Of a stretch of 64,000 nt of DNA, positions 38,975-50,292 are shown in pieces. This stretch comes from Candidatus Bathyarchaeota archaeon. Its GTDB lineage: Archaea; Thermoproteota; Bathyarchaeia; Bathyarchaeales; Bathycorpusculaceae. Below the pieces are notes generated by a model that was not told where the DNA came from, did no database searches, and worked only from the letters and a program-made list of their open reading frames with translations. The stretch's first letter is position 1. Every line of letters begins with the position of its first letter. Made by a program: the position numbers and the translations under genes. Location of the stretch: contig CAVZIW010000012.1 of NCBI GenBank assembly GCA_963775465.1, forward strand, positions 1-64,000, written 5' to 3'.

Positions 38975-40034
38975 TTAGCCGATGCAATTTTTGAGGTAAG
39001 GGATTTTTTTGAGTGGATATATGATGGCAACAGACAGCCCAAAGACTATCGCTGCAGTGTAGGGGGCATCAACAATTAGGTTGCCTGTGGAAGGCAATGT
39101 AAAACCGAAAAGCCCCATTTGTAGACTTTCCAGGAAGATAATGTGAACTACATAAATTGGGAGAGTGTTTTGCCCAATCCATCGTATGACTCGATTGACT
39201 CTTTTTCCTTGGCGTTCAACTCTTGATTGAGGAATGCTGATTAGGAGCATAAACAAGGCTCCAGAAGCTATTATCATGTTAAAGCTAAGGTAGCCGTGGA
39301 AGTAACCTGTGTATTGTTCACCAACCGTTGCTGTTACAATCCACGCACCTAAAATAGCTACTAATAATCCAAATCCTGCGGCTAGATAAACTATAGCAGG
39401 GCGCATTTTGGTGTTCAATAGATAGATTCCTAAGAGAAAGTACCCTACCCAGTCTGTGAAAACAAACATTAAAGGGTTAAAGTTAAAGTCGGTAAAGGTG
39501 TGGATAAAGGGAGTCACTACAGTACCGACAAACCAAAGGGCAAGCAGTAAAGTAAATTTCTTGCGATCAATATGTTTTATTAGCACGCGCAGAACCGGTG
39601 TAATCAAGTATAATCCTATTAACATGTAGAGAAACCATAAAATCGGATATGAACCAGACAATAGACCTTGTTCAACGTTAAAAATTGTGAAAGGATTTGC
39701 GTGGACGGCAAATGTCCAAACAAAGAAGATTATTGTCCAAAATATCAGCGGTAAACCAACGCGGACAAATCGTTTTTTAAAAAAAACACTCATGGATTCG
39801 TCGGCTTTAACGGGGTCTAGTAGTAGGGCTCCGCTTAATATGACAAACAGAGGAACACCGAGGTATCCTATAGCGCCGTAAATATCGGCGGTGACCCAGT
39901 TCACCATAACCATGGGGGTTATTGCTCCTGGAATCTGGTAAGGGAATTTTGAGGCGTGGACAAGGACAACCATAACTATGGCGATTGTGCGGTAGGTCTA
40001 CTGGATAGCTAGCGGTGGCTGATGTAGGTTGCAA
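38975..40034 (-). CDS. Acyltransferase-3 family membrane protein (indel near 39990)
   Basis: VDL.RTIAI.MVV..H, VPLFVILSGALLL, LWFLYMLIGLYL. Confidence 0.85.
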
Positions 40035-40107
40035 GTGTCCCTTTTCTTCCCCTTACAGCCGATTCGTATCAAAAGTTGTTAATAAAAATAGTGAGAACAA
40101 ATCTGCT

Positions 40108-42717
40108 TTATTTTCGTAGAATTTTTTTAATCTCAATCCAAAACATTGCGGTAAACGTCGTTAAGAAAATCAGTACCCAACTTTGTATATTCAAGCTGGT
40201 AATCTGCAAGGAGGTTTGAGCAAGAGGAAGGAGCGTGCACAAAACCAAGGCTGTTACGGCCAATAGCGCCCAGATTATCATGACTTTGTTGGATAGCAAA
40301 CTTTGCTTTAGTAATGGCTCAAGATCAGATCGTAAGTTCAACGCAAGAAATACATGTCCAAGCATCCATGTTGCAAAAGCCACCGTCCTTGCATAAGTAA
40401 TGTTCTGGCTAGTGTACCACGCAAACAAGTAAGTTATTGTTACAGCTGCAAATAGGCTTAAGGCACCTAAGAAAATGGTTTTTAGCATAGTGCTATTAAA
40501 GAACTTCTCTTTTAAGCTCGCTGGCGGCTTTTTCATTGAACCTGATTCTAGGGGTTCAGCGACAAATGTTGCTGATGCAGCTAAATCCATGAAGAGTTCG
40601 AGCACTATTATTTGGATGGGTGCAAATGGCAGGGGGATACCTAAAACAATGGGAATAATAAAGATAGAGACTAACGCGGCTTTGCAAGATAAGTAGTAGC
40701 GGATGCCTTTTCGGAGGTTGGAGAAAAGTTTACGTCCCTCAGCTACCGCATTTTCTATGGTGGCAAAGTTGTCGTTTGTTAGTATCATGTTTGAAGCTTC
40801 TTTTGCGACGTCAGTTCCCCTGATGCCCATGGCTATTCCTATGTGTGCGTTTTTTAGAGCTGGAGCATCATTTATGCCGTCGCCTGTAACTGCCACAACT
40901 TCGCCTTTCTCTTTAAGCAGTCTAACCAATCGCAGTTTATCCTCAGGAGTGGCACGGGCAAAAACAAAGGTTTGGTCCAGGGTTTCTTTTAGTTGTGAAT
41001 CACTTAAGGCTTCAATTTCGCTGCCTGTCAAAACTTTGCTGGAGTCAATACCGACTTTATGGGCAATAGCTCTTGCCGTTTGGGGGTAATCCCCAGTTAT
41101 CATAATGACTCTTATTCCTGCTTCATGACAGATTCTAATAGCATCTTTGACTCCTTCTCGTGGAGGATCAACAAAACCCACAATACCCACAAAAACAAGG
41201 TCAATCTCAAGGTCATCTTTGGCTGTTTCTTCTGCCATACGGCGGTACCCAAAAGCGAGTAAGCGTTCACCGTTTTTAGCCATCTGATCAATAGTGTTGA
41301 GAATTCTTTTTCTTGTTTCTTCTGTGAGGGCTGTTTCCTCGCCTAAGAGTAAAATGCGACTTGATTTTTCCAAGATTTTTTCTGGCGCACCACTCGACAG
41401 AAGCACCAATGAATTGCTATATTTGTAAATGTAGGAAGCTATTTTGCGTTTAGCGTCAAAACTCAGTTCGTCTTCAAGAACCCAGCCTTTTGCGATGTCA
41501 GAGAGGCCTTTTCCATCCATAAATAACCGTTCCGATATCGCTTGCGACATCGGATTCGCTATTTCTGATTTATTTGCAACGTCTCGAATAGCGTCGCTTG
41601 CTAAAAACGCTGTTTTTAGTGCTGCTTTTTGGTTTTCTCCAAGTTGACTCGAAGAGCTTACTTTGTCATCGAAGTAGAGTTGTTCAAAGAGCATCTTGTT
41701 TTCTGTTATGGTGCCTGTTTTGTCGGTTGCTATGACTGTTACATTTCCCAGGGTTTCTGCTGCACGCAACTGCTTTACTATTGCGCCTTTACGTGACAAT
41801 GCGTAGCTGCCAACGCCTAAAACCATTGTTACAATTATGGGGAGCTCTTCTGGAATAACTACAAACGCTAGTGACAAACCGTACAAAACTGCTTCAGCTG
41901 GATTGGGTTGAACTCCTCTGACATAGCTTAAGATTGGGATAAGAACGCTGAAGAAAAGGGCAACCCAAACTAGGGATTTTGATAGTTGTTTCATCGCCAA
42001 CTGCATCGCAGTTTTGGGCTCTTTTGTTGCGTTTGTGATTCCTGAAATCCTGCCGAGCTCCGTGTTGATGCCTGTTGAAGTAACGATGGCTTTGGCTCTG
42101 CCCTTTGTGATTATGGTCCCAGTGAAAAGCATGTTGATTTGATAATTTACTCTAGTTTCGTTTGGCAACACTGTTAAAGCATCTTTTGCAGTGGGGAACG
42201 ACTCCCCTGTAAATGAAGACTCATCAACTTCTAAACCATAGGTTTCTAAAAGTTTTGCATCTGCTGGGATACGTTGCCCAACTTTTAGAAGCAAAATATC
42301 GCCTGGAACCAATAGAGCCGTTTGGACTTCTTCCAGTTGACCTGCTCTAAGTACAGAAGCTGTTGGTGGTGCCAGTTGCTTTAATGCGGAGACTGAACGT
42401 TTAGCTCGGTACTCATTCCAGACTTCAGCTAAAACGAGAAGGATTATGATTACGATTATCGTTAATGCATCTGTTAAGCTGCCCAAGATGCTGTATAAGA
42501 CACCCACAGAGATAAGCAACAGGATCATGGGTTCAGTGATTTCTTCTCTCAAAATGCCCAAAAAGCGTATTTCTCTTTCGTGGACAAGACTGTTTTTTCC
42601 ATATTTAGTTAAACGCGTTGCTGCCTCTTGGTTTGATAGACCTTTTTCAGGGTTGACGCCAAATTGCTGGGTCAGTTCCTGATTGGTTTTGGAATGCCAC
42701 TGGCTCAACGGCAGCAC
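40108..42717 (-). CDS. Cation-transporting P-type ATPase (type II)
   Basis: TGES, IPEELP, DKTGT, MITGD, TGDGINDAPALK. Confidence 0.93.
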   Translation of the reverse strand: MLPLSQWHSKTNQELTQQFGVNPEKGLSNQEAATRLTKYGKNSLVHEREIRFLGILREEITEPMILLLISVGVLYSILGSLTDALTIIVIIILLVLAEVWNEYRAKRSVSALKQLAPPTASVLRAGQLEEVQTALLVPGDILLLKVGQRIPADAKLLETYGLEVDESSFTGESFPTAKDALTVLPNETRVNYQINMLFTGTIITKGRAKAIVTSTGINTELGRISGITNATKEPKTAMQLAMKQLSKSLVWVALFFSVLIPILSYVRGVQPNPAEAVLYGLSLAFVVIPEELPIIVTMVLGVGSYALSRKGAIVKQLRAAETLGNVTVIATDKTGTITENKMLFEQLYFDDKVSSSSQLGENQKAALKTAFLASDAIRDVANKSEIANPMSQAISERLFMDGKGLSDIAKGWVLEDELSFDAKRKIASYIYKYSNSLVLLSSGAPEKILEKSSRILLLGEETALTEETRKRILNTIDQMAKNGERLLAFGYRRMAEETAKDDLEIDLVFVGIVGFVDPPREGVKDAIRICHEAGIRVIMITGDYPQTARAIAHKVGIDSSKVLTGSEIEALSDSQLKETLDQTFVFARATPEDKLRLVRLLKEKGEVVAVTGDGINDAPALKNAHIGIAMGIRGTDVAKEASNMILTNDNFATIENAVAEGRKLFSNLRKGIRYYLSCKAALVSIFIIPIVLGIPLPFAPIQIIVLELFMDLAASATFVAEPLESGSMKKPPASLKEKFFNSTMLKTIFLGALSLFAAVTITYLFAWYTSQNITYARTVAFATWMLGHVFLALNLRSDLEPLLKQSLLSNKVMIIWALLAVTALVLCTLLPLAQTSLQITSLNIQSWVLIFLTTFTAMFWIEIKKILRK

Positions 42718-42957
42718 CTAAACAGATTTGCCAAACAGACTTTGGCCTAAAAAGATTTGCGTATTCATCAGCTAAATAAGTGCTCTATATTTTTTGTTTT
42801 TGGCTCGTTACATCAAATAATAAGAATAATGCAAAAGGATAGTTACAACTTGGTTTATTTGAACATCGAACTCTCTTATTGGAAACCTATTTGTGTTTAT
42901 TATGCAAAACTTTATAACAGCGCCGAACGTTTTGGATTCTAAAAAGGTAGAATCAAG

Positions 42958-43878
42958 ATGAAATTCGGCACATACATGTTTGAAGCAAAGAAAGTTCCAG
43001 GCTTCGACTATGACCTTTTCCGAGTTAAACCAGAAGTAGGCAGACGAATGCCACCTAAGGCAGATATGCACAGCAACATTGCAATCTTCGGAGACAACGT
43101 TACCGCACGTATCCACCCAGACTGGATCAGTCAATCAGACCTTGGTCCAGCGTGGAGAACCAACGACAACTATAATGTCCGCTGGGAAGTCCTATGCGCA
43201 ACTCAACCTATTCATCGAGCAGAACAACTCGACTACATCGAAGACGTAGCACGCAAAAGCCAAGGCATATGGTTAAACAGCATTCACTTCGCAGAACACG
43301 GCCACTGCACATGCCCACGATGCAAAGAACTCCACGCAAAAAGTGGCTTAAGCTGGTACGAATGGAGACGCAAAGAAATAACTGACTATATGGCACAGGT
43401 AAGCGACCGCGTACGCAACAAAGCAAAGAAGAAATTCGTTATCGGCGTGCTTCCAGACCCAGTAACAAACTATGAACGTTTCGGCGTTAACTTTGACGAC
43501 CTCGGACCACTTACCGACGAATTCCTCGTTGTTATGTTCAGCAAAAACTATGCAACACCCTGGTATTGGGAAATGCTCGTACGCAACTTTAAGAAACTCT
43601 TCAAAGACGTCAAGCTAAACTGCGCATTGTACGTAATAGGGCCCGGCGATGATCCAAAAGAAACTCCAACTCCAAGCGAACTCTTAACAGTCTCAGTTCG
43701 TATGGCACGCGCAGGCGCAGACGGTATCTTGTACTTAACGGATAAAGCAGCACAAATGCAGGAATTCCAGAAAGCAGCAATCGCACAGAAAGATACTCGG
43801 GAACGCTTAGTGAGCTACGGCGGCAAAGCTGGTCAAGAAGTTCTTGACTTAGTTACAAGCTGGGAAAAACTCTTCTAA
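42958..43878 (+). CDS. Hypothetical protein, probable TIM-barrel/glycoside-hydrolase-like fold with CxCxxC
   Basis: HPDWI, HF...GHCTCPRC, W.EWR...IT pattern. Confidence 0.6.
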   Translation: MKFGTYMFEAKKVPGFDYDLFRVKPEVGRRMPPKADMHSNIAIFGDNVTARIHPDWISQSDLGPAWRTNDNYNVRWEVLCATQPIHRAEQLDYIEDVARKSQGIWLNSIHFAEHGHCTCPRCKELHAKSGLSWYEWRRKEITDYMAQVSDRVRNKAKKKFVIGVLPDPVTNYERFGVNFDDLGPLTDEFLVVMFSKNYATPWYWEMLVRNFKKLFKDVKLNCALYVIGPGDDPKETPTPSELLTVSVRMARAGADGILYLTDKAAQMQEFQKAAIAQKDTRERLVSYGGKAGQEVLDLVTSWEKLF

Positions 43879-43967
43879 AAATCTATAAAACCGTTGCAGG
43901 CAGAAACAACCTAAAAGTGGCATAAAAAACCACCAGGCTGCCTTTTTTATTAAATCCTTAGGGTCTC

Positions 43968-44046
43968 GCAAAATTTGTTGTGTCATTATTCTCAAAAAAA
44001 TCTGTTTGTCTGCTAGAACAACACCTAAAAAATTCTTGTTGTTCTT
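43968..44046 (-). repeat. Second copy of the ~80-bp dispersed repeat
   Basis: Reverse complement matches 27726-27806. Confidence 0.8.
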
Positions 44047-44346
44047 CCAACCCTTCAATCCACAGAGATGCAGCTTTGGAGCCTGAAATTGCATAATTGT
44101 TCCCGGAGATTTTTCTCTTCTACAAGATAATGTGACTTCTTCATTTCTGGGGCTGATTAAAAGACTATGTGGTAGTCGTTTTCTAATCGTTAAATTCTGA
44201 TTGCTCTTAGACGTCTATGTCTTGGATTTTCCGTCTTTTAGTTTCTGTAGAAGCGATTGTTTTGTTTCCGAAAACCTGACAACTTCCCTGCTTTCATACA
44301 AGAACATTATAAAGCAGTTAAATTATGCATTCCTCTAAAATCCTGT

Positions 44347-44778
44347 TTAATGGATATATCCCAAGTTTTTGTTTTGTGATTCGTTAATTTCCTTTAGTGA
44401 TTCGTATTGTGCTTCAATTAAGATTTTAAGTGCATCTATGTTCTTTTTTATGTCTTCAACTTCTCCGCTCTTTGCTAGTGCACCAGAAGTGGTTATTTGT
44501 TCGTTGATTTTGTCCACTGAGACTTCGAGAACTCTGACTTTAAAAGCAAAAATTTGAAGCGAATATAGTATGCTTAGTTGAGAATTTAGTCGCTCTAACC
44601 TTTCTAAATCGATTGTTTTTCGTATAAAGGCCTTAATTTTTTGTTCTTCATTGGCATCAGCTGAATGTTGAAGCTGTTCAAAAATTGTTGCGTGTCTTTT
44701 TGATGCCTCTTTTGTTTCATCAACAACTTTTTGAATTCGCTTTGCAGTTTTTTCTAACAATTCTAAGACTTCGTCCAA
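44347..44778 (-). CDS. Coiled-coil hypothetical protein
   Basis: 143-aa helical ORF (YSLQIFAFKV, ends GYIH). Confidence 0.7.
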   Translation of the reverse strand: MDEVLELLEKTAKRIQKVVDETKEASKRHATIFEQLQHSADANEEQKIKAFIRKTIDLERLERLNSQLSILYSLQIFAFKVRVLEVSVDKINEQITTSGALAKSGEVEDIKKNIDALKILIEAQYESLKEINESQNKNLGYIH

Positions 44779-44926
44779 TCCACGTTTCCCTCAAATTTTT
44801 GTTATCGATTATCGCATCAAACTGTAACACCCAATATATATAACTTGATGACAGCAAAATGCTAAGGTTTTTGATGAAGGTTCTTTTTTTCTAAATATAT
44901 TTTAAAAACCATAAATGCTCATCGTT

Positions 44927-45457
44927 TTAGATTGCCGATTTTACGTAATCAACGAGTTGCTTTATGTTCTCTTTTCTAGCAAAATCCATCGGTTTTGAAT
45001 AAGCGGCTAGCATCCCTATTTCATCGGAGGTTTTTTTCTTTTTTAAACTTAGCCTGACTCTGAAAAGCGCCATTATAACTTTATTTGAAAAGTCAAGTTT
45101 GTCGAAATCGAATCCTCCTCTTAGATAAAACAGCTTCAAGTTGCCCTGTTCATCAGATGAGAAATTGTTGTTCATTATTTCACTGACAAGACTTTCTCTT
45201 GGCGGTGAAGCCCCAACAGCAAAAACTACAATCTTTTTATCTGCTAATTTCGGTAGGTTTTCTTTGACGAGTTTTATTCCGTTTATTCCGACAGCATGCA
45301 AACTTCCACCAAAAATAATAGTTGAATAATCTGAAAGCTTTTGGGCACCGAATTCTTTGGCATCATAGATGTCAGCATTGCATTCTTCAGCAATCCACTC
45401 TGCGTATTTTTTTGTAAAGCCAGATATTGACCTGTAAATCACAACAGCTTGCAGCAA
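44927..45457 (-). CDS. Flavodoxin domain protein (HemG-like)
   Basis: VIYRSISGFTKKYAEWIAEE, FGGSLHA, FYLRGGFD. Confidence 0.85.
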   Translation of the reverse strand: MLQAVVIYRSISGFTKKYAEWIAEECNADIYDAKEFGAQKLSDYSTIIFGGSLHAVGINGIKLVKENLPKLADKKIVVFAVGASPPRESLVSEIMNNNFSSDEQGNLKLFYLRGGFDFDKLDFSNKVIMALFRVRLSLKKKKTSDEIGMLAAYSKPMDFARKENIKQLVDYVKSAI

Positions 45458-45659
45458 GAGATCATCGTGCCTAGGTGTCTTTGTTTAGATAAAAGCTTTA
45501 GCAAATCTACCAACAGAAAGCTCTTACATTTTGGTTTTTGAACCGACAACCTGATGCAGCCAAAAGTTCCTCGAAAACCATAATCATAGGAAGTACAGCG
45601 GCAGCAAAAAATTAAAGCGTTAGCCAACAATTCTGTCCAATAGCAGAGGATGATTATCT

Positions 45660-46502
45660 TTGGCGGTCTTGGTGACTAAAGCGGATTGCTCTAAACAACT
45701 TTTTGATGAAGAAAAAATAGTTCGAACTTGCTTGAGAATGGGGGCTAGTCGTGAAGATGCAGTTCAAATTGCGCAGCAAGTAGAAAAAAAAATTTACGAT
45801 GGTATAACAACAAGAAAAATCCTTCAGATGATTTATTCTTTAATGCGTAAGCAAAAGCCTGCAATCAAACATCTCTTTGACCTCAAGCATGGCATAAGCT
45901 TAATGGTGCCCAAGCCCGAATTCGAAGCTTTTGTTAGAATCCTCTTAGTTCATAGCGGCTTTAAAGTTGAGCCCAACACGATTCTTAGGGGTTTATGTGG
46001 GGAGCATGAAGCAGATGCGATAGCTACCAAAGATGGGTTGACTCATTTTGTAGAAGTAAAACATCACAGCAGCTACCATGCTTTGACTGGACTTGACGAG
46101 AGTCGAATCGCTAGAGCAATCTTAGAAGACGTAACAGAAGGCTATTCGAATGGTCTTACCAGAATCAAAATCGATCGAGCGATGATAGTGACTAACACTA
46201 GATATTCCAAGCATGCTATAAATTATGGTCGTTGTCGCGATATTCTTCAGGTGGGATGGGCTTCTCCTGAATTTTTAGGGTTAAGAGAAATGGTTGAGAA
46301 ACACAGGTTGTATCCTTTGAGCTGTTTGAAAGGGATAAGTGCAAAAGTAAGGCTACGTTTGGTTGAAGCTGGTATCGTTGTCATTAAACAGTTGCTAGAA
46401 CAAGACTTGCGATACCTCGAGAGAAAAACTGAGTTACCTCGAGAAGCTGTTTTGTCAATAATGGAAAAAGCTAGGCATACCACTGATACTTTGTGGTTTT
46501 AG
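45660..46502 (+). CDS. ATP-cone plus Mrr-type restriction endonuclease domain protein
   Basis: VTKAD...FDEEKI ATP cone; FE..V, EADAIA, FVEVK, IVTNTRYS; YPLSCL and HhH-like tail. Confidence 0.8.
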   Translation: MAVLVTKADCSKQLFDEEKIVRTCLRMGASREDAVQIAQQVEKKIYDGITTRKILQMIYSLMRKQKPAIKHLFDLKHGISLMVPKPEFEAFVRILLVHSGFKVEPNTILRGLCGEHEADAIATKDGLTHFVEVKHHSSYHALTGLDESRIARAILEDVTEGYSNGLTRIKIDRAMIVTNTRYSKHAINYGRCRDILQVGWASPEFLGLREMVEKHRLYPLSCLKGISAKVRLRLVEAGIVVIKQLLEQDLRYLERKTELPREAVLSIMEKARHTTDTLWF

Positions 46503-46615
46503 CTTTGTAGAATGAATTAGTAAAACTCAGCTTACTAACCCTGTGTAAGGCTTAGTAGAAGCTTGTTGACTCACTATTTCCTTCGGATAATCAGTGAAGA
46601 AACGTGTTTAGCTTG

Positions 46616-47567
46616 TTATAATATGGAAGAAATCAAGTATGCCACTAGCAGTATATTGAATAAGAATAGTGCAGCAATGTTCAAGTTTGCAAAAGTAGTT
46701 AATTGTTTTTTCTTTCCAAATTTTATGGCCCCAAAGAAAATCGTCGCCAAAGTCACCATTGAGAGACCAAAAACCACTCCGAGATCCAAAAGTCCGAATT
46801 CTCCGAATAAGCAATAATATGAAAATAACGCAACTGAGACCAGTGTCGAAAGGATTAGGATTATTCTGAGAATTTGTTGAGGACCACTCCGAACAGACAG
46901 AGTATTCTTACCAATTCTCGCATCCGATGTAGAGTCTGGAACGTGTAGACTTAAACTAAGAATGAATCCGTACATCATGAAGGGGATTGAGAGGTAAAGA
47001 AATGCAGCGTCAAATTGATTTCTTATTGATAGGTAACCCACTCCAGGTATTACAAAACCTGTAACCCAGGCAACCGCAAGTTCTCCTATTCCTCTGGAGA
47101 TTAAACGCACTGGTGGCGCTGAATAGATCCAACCAATCAAGTTGGCAAAAAACATTATTATGAACAATTCAATAGGCGCGTCTAAGAAGAACACACTTAC
47201 CGCAGCAATCACATTGGAAAAAACAAGCAACAGATATGGAAATGTTTCGGGATAACAAGCGCAAACTTGGGTTTCCCACAAGGATCTTGCTGCCTCCGAA
47301 GAATTTTCTCTTCTCAGATTGCTCATCTATTTCAACATCGAAATAATCGTTACTAAAATGAGTGGACAAGTCTCCAAAAAAAACGGTTGCATATCCAAAG
47401 GCAACAATTTCAAACCTAAAAATTCCGCCTTCAATAATTGCAAGAAGAGCCCCAATTGAGAAAGCCAAAGCTCCTCCAATAATTATGTGGAGACGAATCA
47501 CTCTGAGAACTTTGAGGGCGTTGAAAGTTGGGATTTTCATTTCTTCTCGAAGCTCGTTTGTCGACAT
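46616..47567 (-). CDS. MenA/UbiA family prenyltransferase (one frameshift)
   Basis: NDYFD...D, GGS, YSAPPVRL..RG.GE, D...D...GKNTL.VR split across two ORFs. Confidence 0.8.
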
Positions 47568-47622
47568 TCCATATGGCTTATTTATTAAACTAAATATTAT
47601 AAGAGTCCAACGGTGGCGAAAA

Positions 47623-48529
47623 ATGAAAAGCCTAAACGCGTTCATCGATCTCACTCGGCTACACTTCTTTTTTGTATGGCCCACCCTTTTCTGCGCTGGG
47701 CTTTTCTTTGCTTACAACTTCTACGAAGGTTTTTCCTTATCAACAATATTTCGTGTTGCACTCATCGGGTTTTTAGGCTTTGAAGCTGGACTAGTCTTGA
47801 ATGATATTGTAGATGCAAGAGTGGATAAGAAAGAAGTGGAAAATGATAAGCTAACGAAGTACTGGAGACTTTTTGGAAGAAGACCGATTTCAGAAGGATT
47901 AATCTCAACGCAAAAAGCCACGATTCTTTTCGGTATTCTAGTTACGTTGACGTCCATTATCATTTTTACGCTTTCATTTCCTCATTCAATTTATGTATTC
48001 ATTATAATGGTAACCTGCTATTGCCTTGAAGTCTTCTATCAACTGAAGAAACGGGCTGAAAGATTCCCTATCGCTCAAATCATCGGCAGAATTGATTTTG
48101 CGCTATTTCTCGTGGCAGGTTACCTTTGTGTGGGTTTTCCCGACATTAACGTCTTGGTTCTGTTCCTTTTCTTTTATCCTCTGGCACTGGCACATTTAGG
48201 AGTCAACGATTTAGTCGATGTTAAAAACGACAAAGCCAAAGAAATGAACACCATACCTACTCATATACAGCATGAAAGCAACAGCTTTTTGGATTGCCGC
48301 TTTTACGATAGTACATGGTATAATGGCAATAGTAATGCTGACATTGCTTAGTAATTTGGCAATAATTGGCTTTATTGCAAGTATTCTACTACTTACGGTG
48401 GGAAACGCTGTTATTATAAAACAGAAAACAGCAATATCCGGAATGAAAGCCCTTCCATTTTTCCATGTTGCTATGCTCATTTACGCGATTACAATAATAG
48501 CCAGCTATTTAGTTGCAGCCACATCATAG
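47623..48529 (+). CDS. UbiA family prenyltransferase (frameshift near 48260)
   Basis: NDIVDARVD, RPISEG, NDLVDVKND; multiple TM helices. Confidence 0.82.
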
Positions 48530-48664
48530 CAACTCCAAAAAACAACTTTCATTATGTGCTAACTAGAGCGATGGGTAAAAATGAAATCTCGATTTAATGT
48601 TCGCTTTTACTTGAGACTAATTGCAAATCTGGACTCAGAATTTACAAATTAACCTCGATTCGAA

Positions 48665-50002
48665 TTAAGATCCCTCACATATGGTGTCTATATTCTCTAA
48701 AATAGGGATTTCAACCCCGTTGACATCAAATACAGTTACTCTTGGAATGGGCACTACAAAGCGCCCGCCCCATTCGCCAATATATGAGGTTTGATTGATT
48801 ATTTCTTCTTTTATGTTCCAAGGAAGGATTAGCACATAGTCAGGTTTGGTTTCTTTGATTCTATCTGGAAGCAGGATTGGTATGTGAGTTCCTGGAAGAA
48901 ATTTTCCTTGTTTGTATGGGTTTTTGTCAACAGTGTACTCCAGAAGGTCTGCGCTTACGCCGCAAGAATTGAGAAGGGTGTTACCTTTTCCAGGTGCACC
49001 GTATCCAACAATTGTTTTTTTGTTTCTTTTGAGAGTTAATAAGAAATCTTTGAGGCTTTTCTCTATTTCTTTTACTTTTTCTGAAAATGATACATAGGTT
49101 TCTAAGTTGGCGAGACCAGCTAATTTTTCTTTGCTTCGTAATTCAGCTACATTAATTGTCACTGTTTTGGAGGGGTCTTTGTCGTCGATGTGTCGGGCGT
49201 AAATTCTTAGTGAACCTCCATGGGTGGATAGGGTTTCAACATCGTAGATTTTTAGTCCATGGCGTGCAAATATTTTTTCGACTGTGAATAATGAGAAGTA
49301 TGAGAAATGTTCGTGGTATATGGTGTCAAATTGGTTTTCTTCTATCAAGCGTAGTAGATGGGGAAATTCCATGGTGATTACGCCCGATGGTTTAAGTAGG
49401 GTCTTCATGCCGTCTACGAATCCGTTGAGATCTGGCACTTGAGCTAAAACGTTGTTGCCTATTATTAGGTCTGCTTGTTTGTTTTCTTTTACCAGTTCAA
49501 GAGAAGTTTCCAAATTGAAGAATTTTACGAGTGTTGGTATCCCTTTTTCTTTTGCAACTTTGGCTACGTTTGCTGCTGGTTCTACGCCTAGAACTGGAAT
49601 TCCTTTTTGTTTGATATATTGAAGAAGGTATCCGTCGTTGCTTGCTATTTCAACCACTTGGCTTTTTTGGTCTAATCCAAGTTTTTTTACAATCATTTCT
49701 GCGTATTTTTTGGCATGATCTAACCATGTTTTTGAGTATGAAGAGAAATACGCGTATTCTGTAAAGATTTTTTTGGGCGCTACAAATTCTTCCAGTTGAA
49801 CTAGAAAACACTTATTGCAAACGTATACATGTAGGGGGTAGACTGATTCTTTTTGGTTTTTTTGTTCTGGTCCAATGAAGCTTTCGCAGGGTGGTTGGGA
49901 GCCTAAATCTACTAATGTAAACTGTAATGGTTCTCCGCAGAATCTGCAATGTGAATAAGACGATTTTTGGATTACTTGAGGCTGCAATAAAGTCGGATAC
50001 AT
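48665..50002 (-). CDS. NDP-sugar C-methyltransferase family SAM-dependent methyltransferase
   Basis: CRFC..C..C Zn site, EIASNDG, FDTIYHEH, HGGSLR, YGAPGKG, LPWN. Confidence 0.9.
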   Translation of the reverse strand: MYPTLLQPQVIQKSSYSHCRFCGEPLQFTLVDLGSQPPCESFIGPEQKNQKESVYPLHVYVCNKCFLVQLEEFVAPKKIFTEYAYFSSYSKTWLDHAKKYAEMIVKKLGLDQKSQVVEIASNDGYLLQYIKQKGIPVLGVEPAANVAKVAKEKGIPTLVKFFNLETSLELVKENKQADLIIGNNVLAQVPDLNGFVDGMKTLLKPSGVITMEFPHLLRLIEENQFDTIYHEHFSYFSLFTVEKIFARHGLKIYDVETLSTHGGSLRIYARHIDDKDPSKTVTINVAELRSKEKLAGLANLETYVSFSEKVKEIEKSLKDFLLTLKRNKKTIVGYGAPGKGNTLLNSCGVSADLLEYTVDKNPYKQGKFLPGTHIPILLPDRIKETKPDYVLILPWNIKEEIINQTSYIGEWGGRFVVPIPRVTVFDVNGVEIPILENIDTICEGS

Positions 50003-50292
50003 TCTAATTCACAATCCAATCGTACGACATACTACTATTCACGCGATATATAGGGAAAATTCCTTTCTTGCAATATTGCTGAATCGAAAATATGATTTTA
50101 AAGAATTATTAGGATCGACAAAAAATTAATTGGTCAATAAACGAAAAATCAACATATGAATAAAAAGAAATGTTTTTGTTTTGAACTAGAAGCTGGAGCT
50201 CTTCCAGCGAGCATTTTTTTGAAGTTTAGTACGGTTACAGAAATCAATAAGGAATCATAGAGTTCAAATCAAAACTTGCCTGATAAAAAAGA

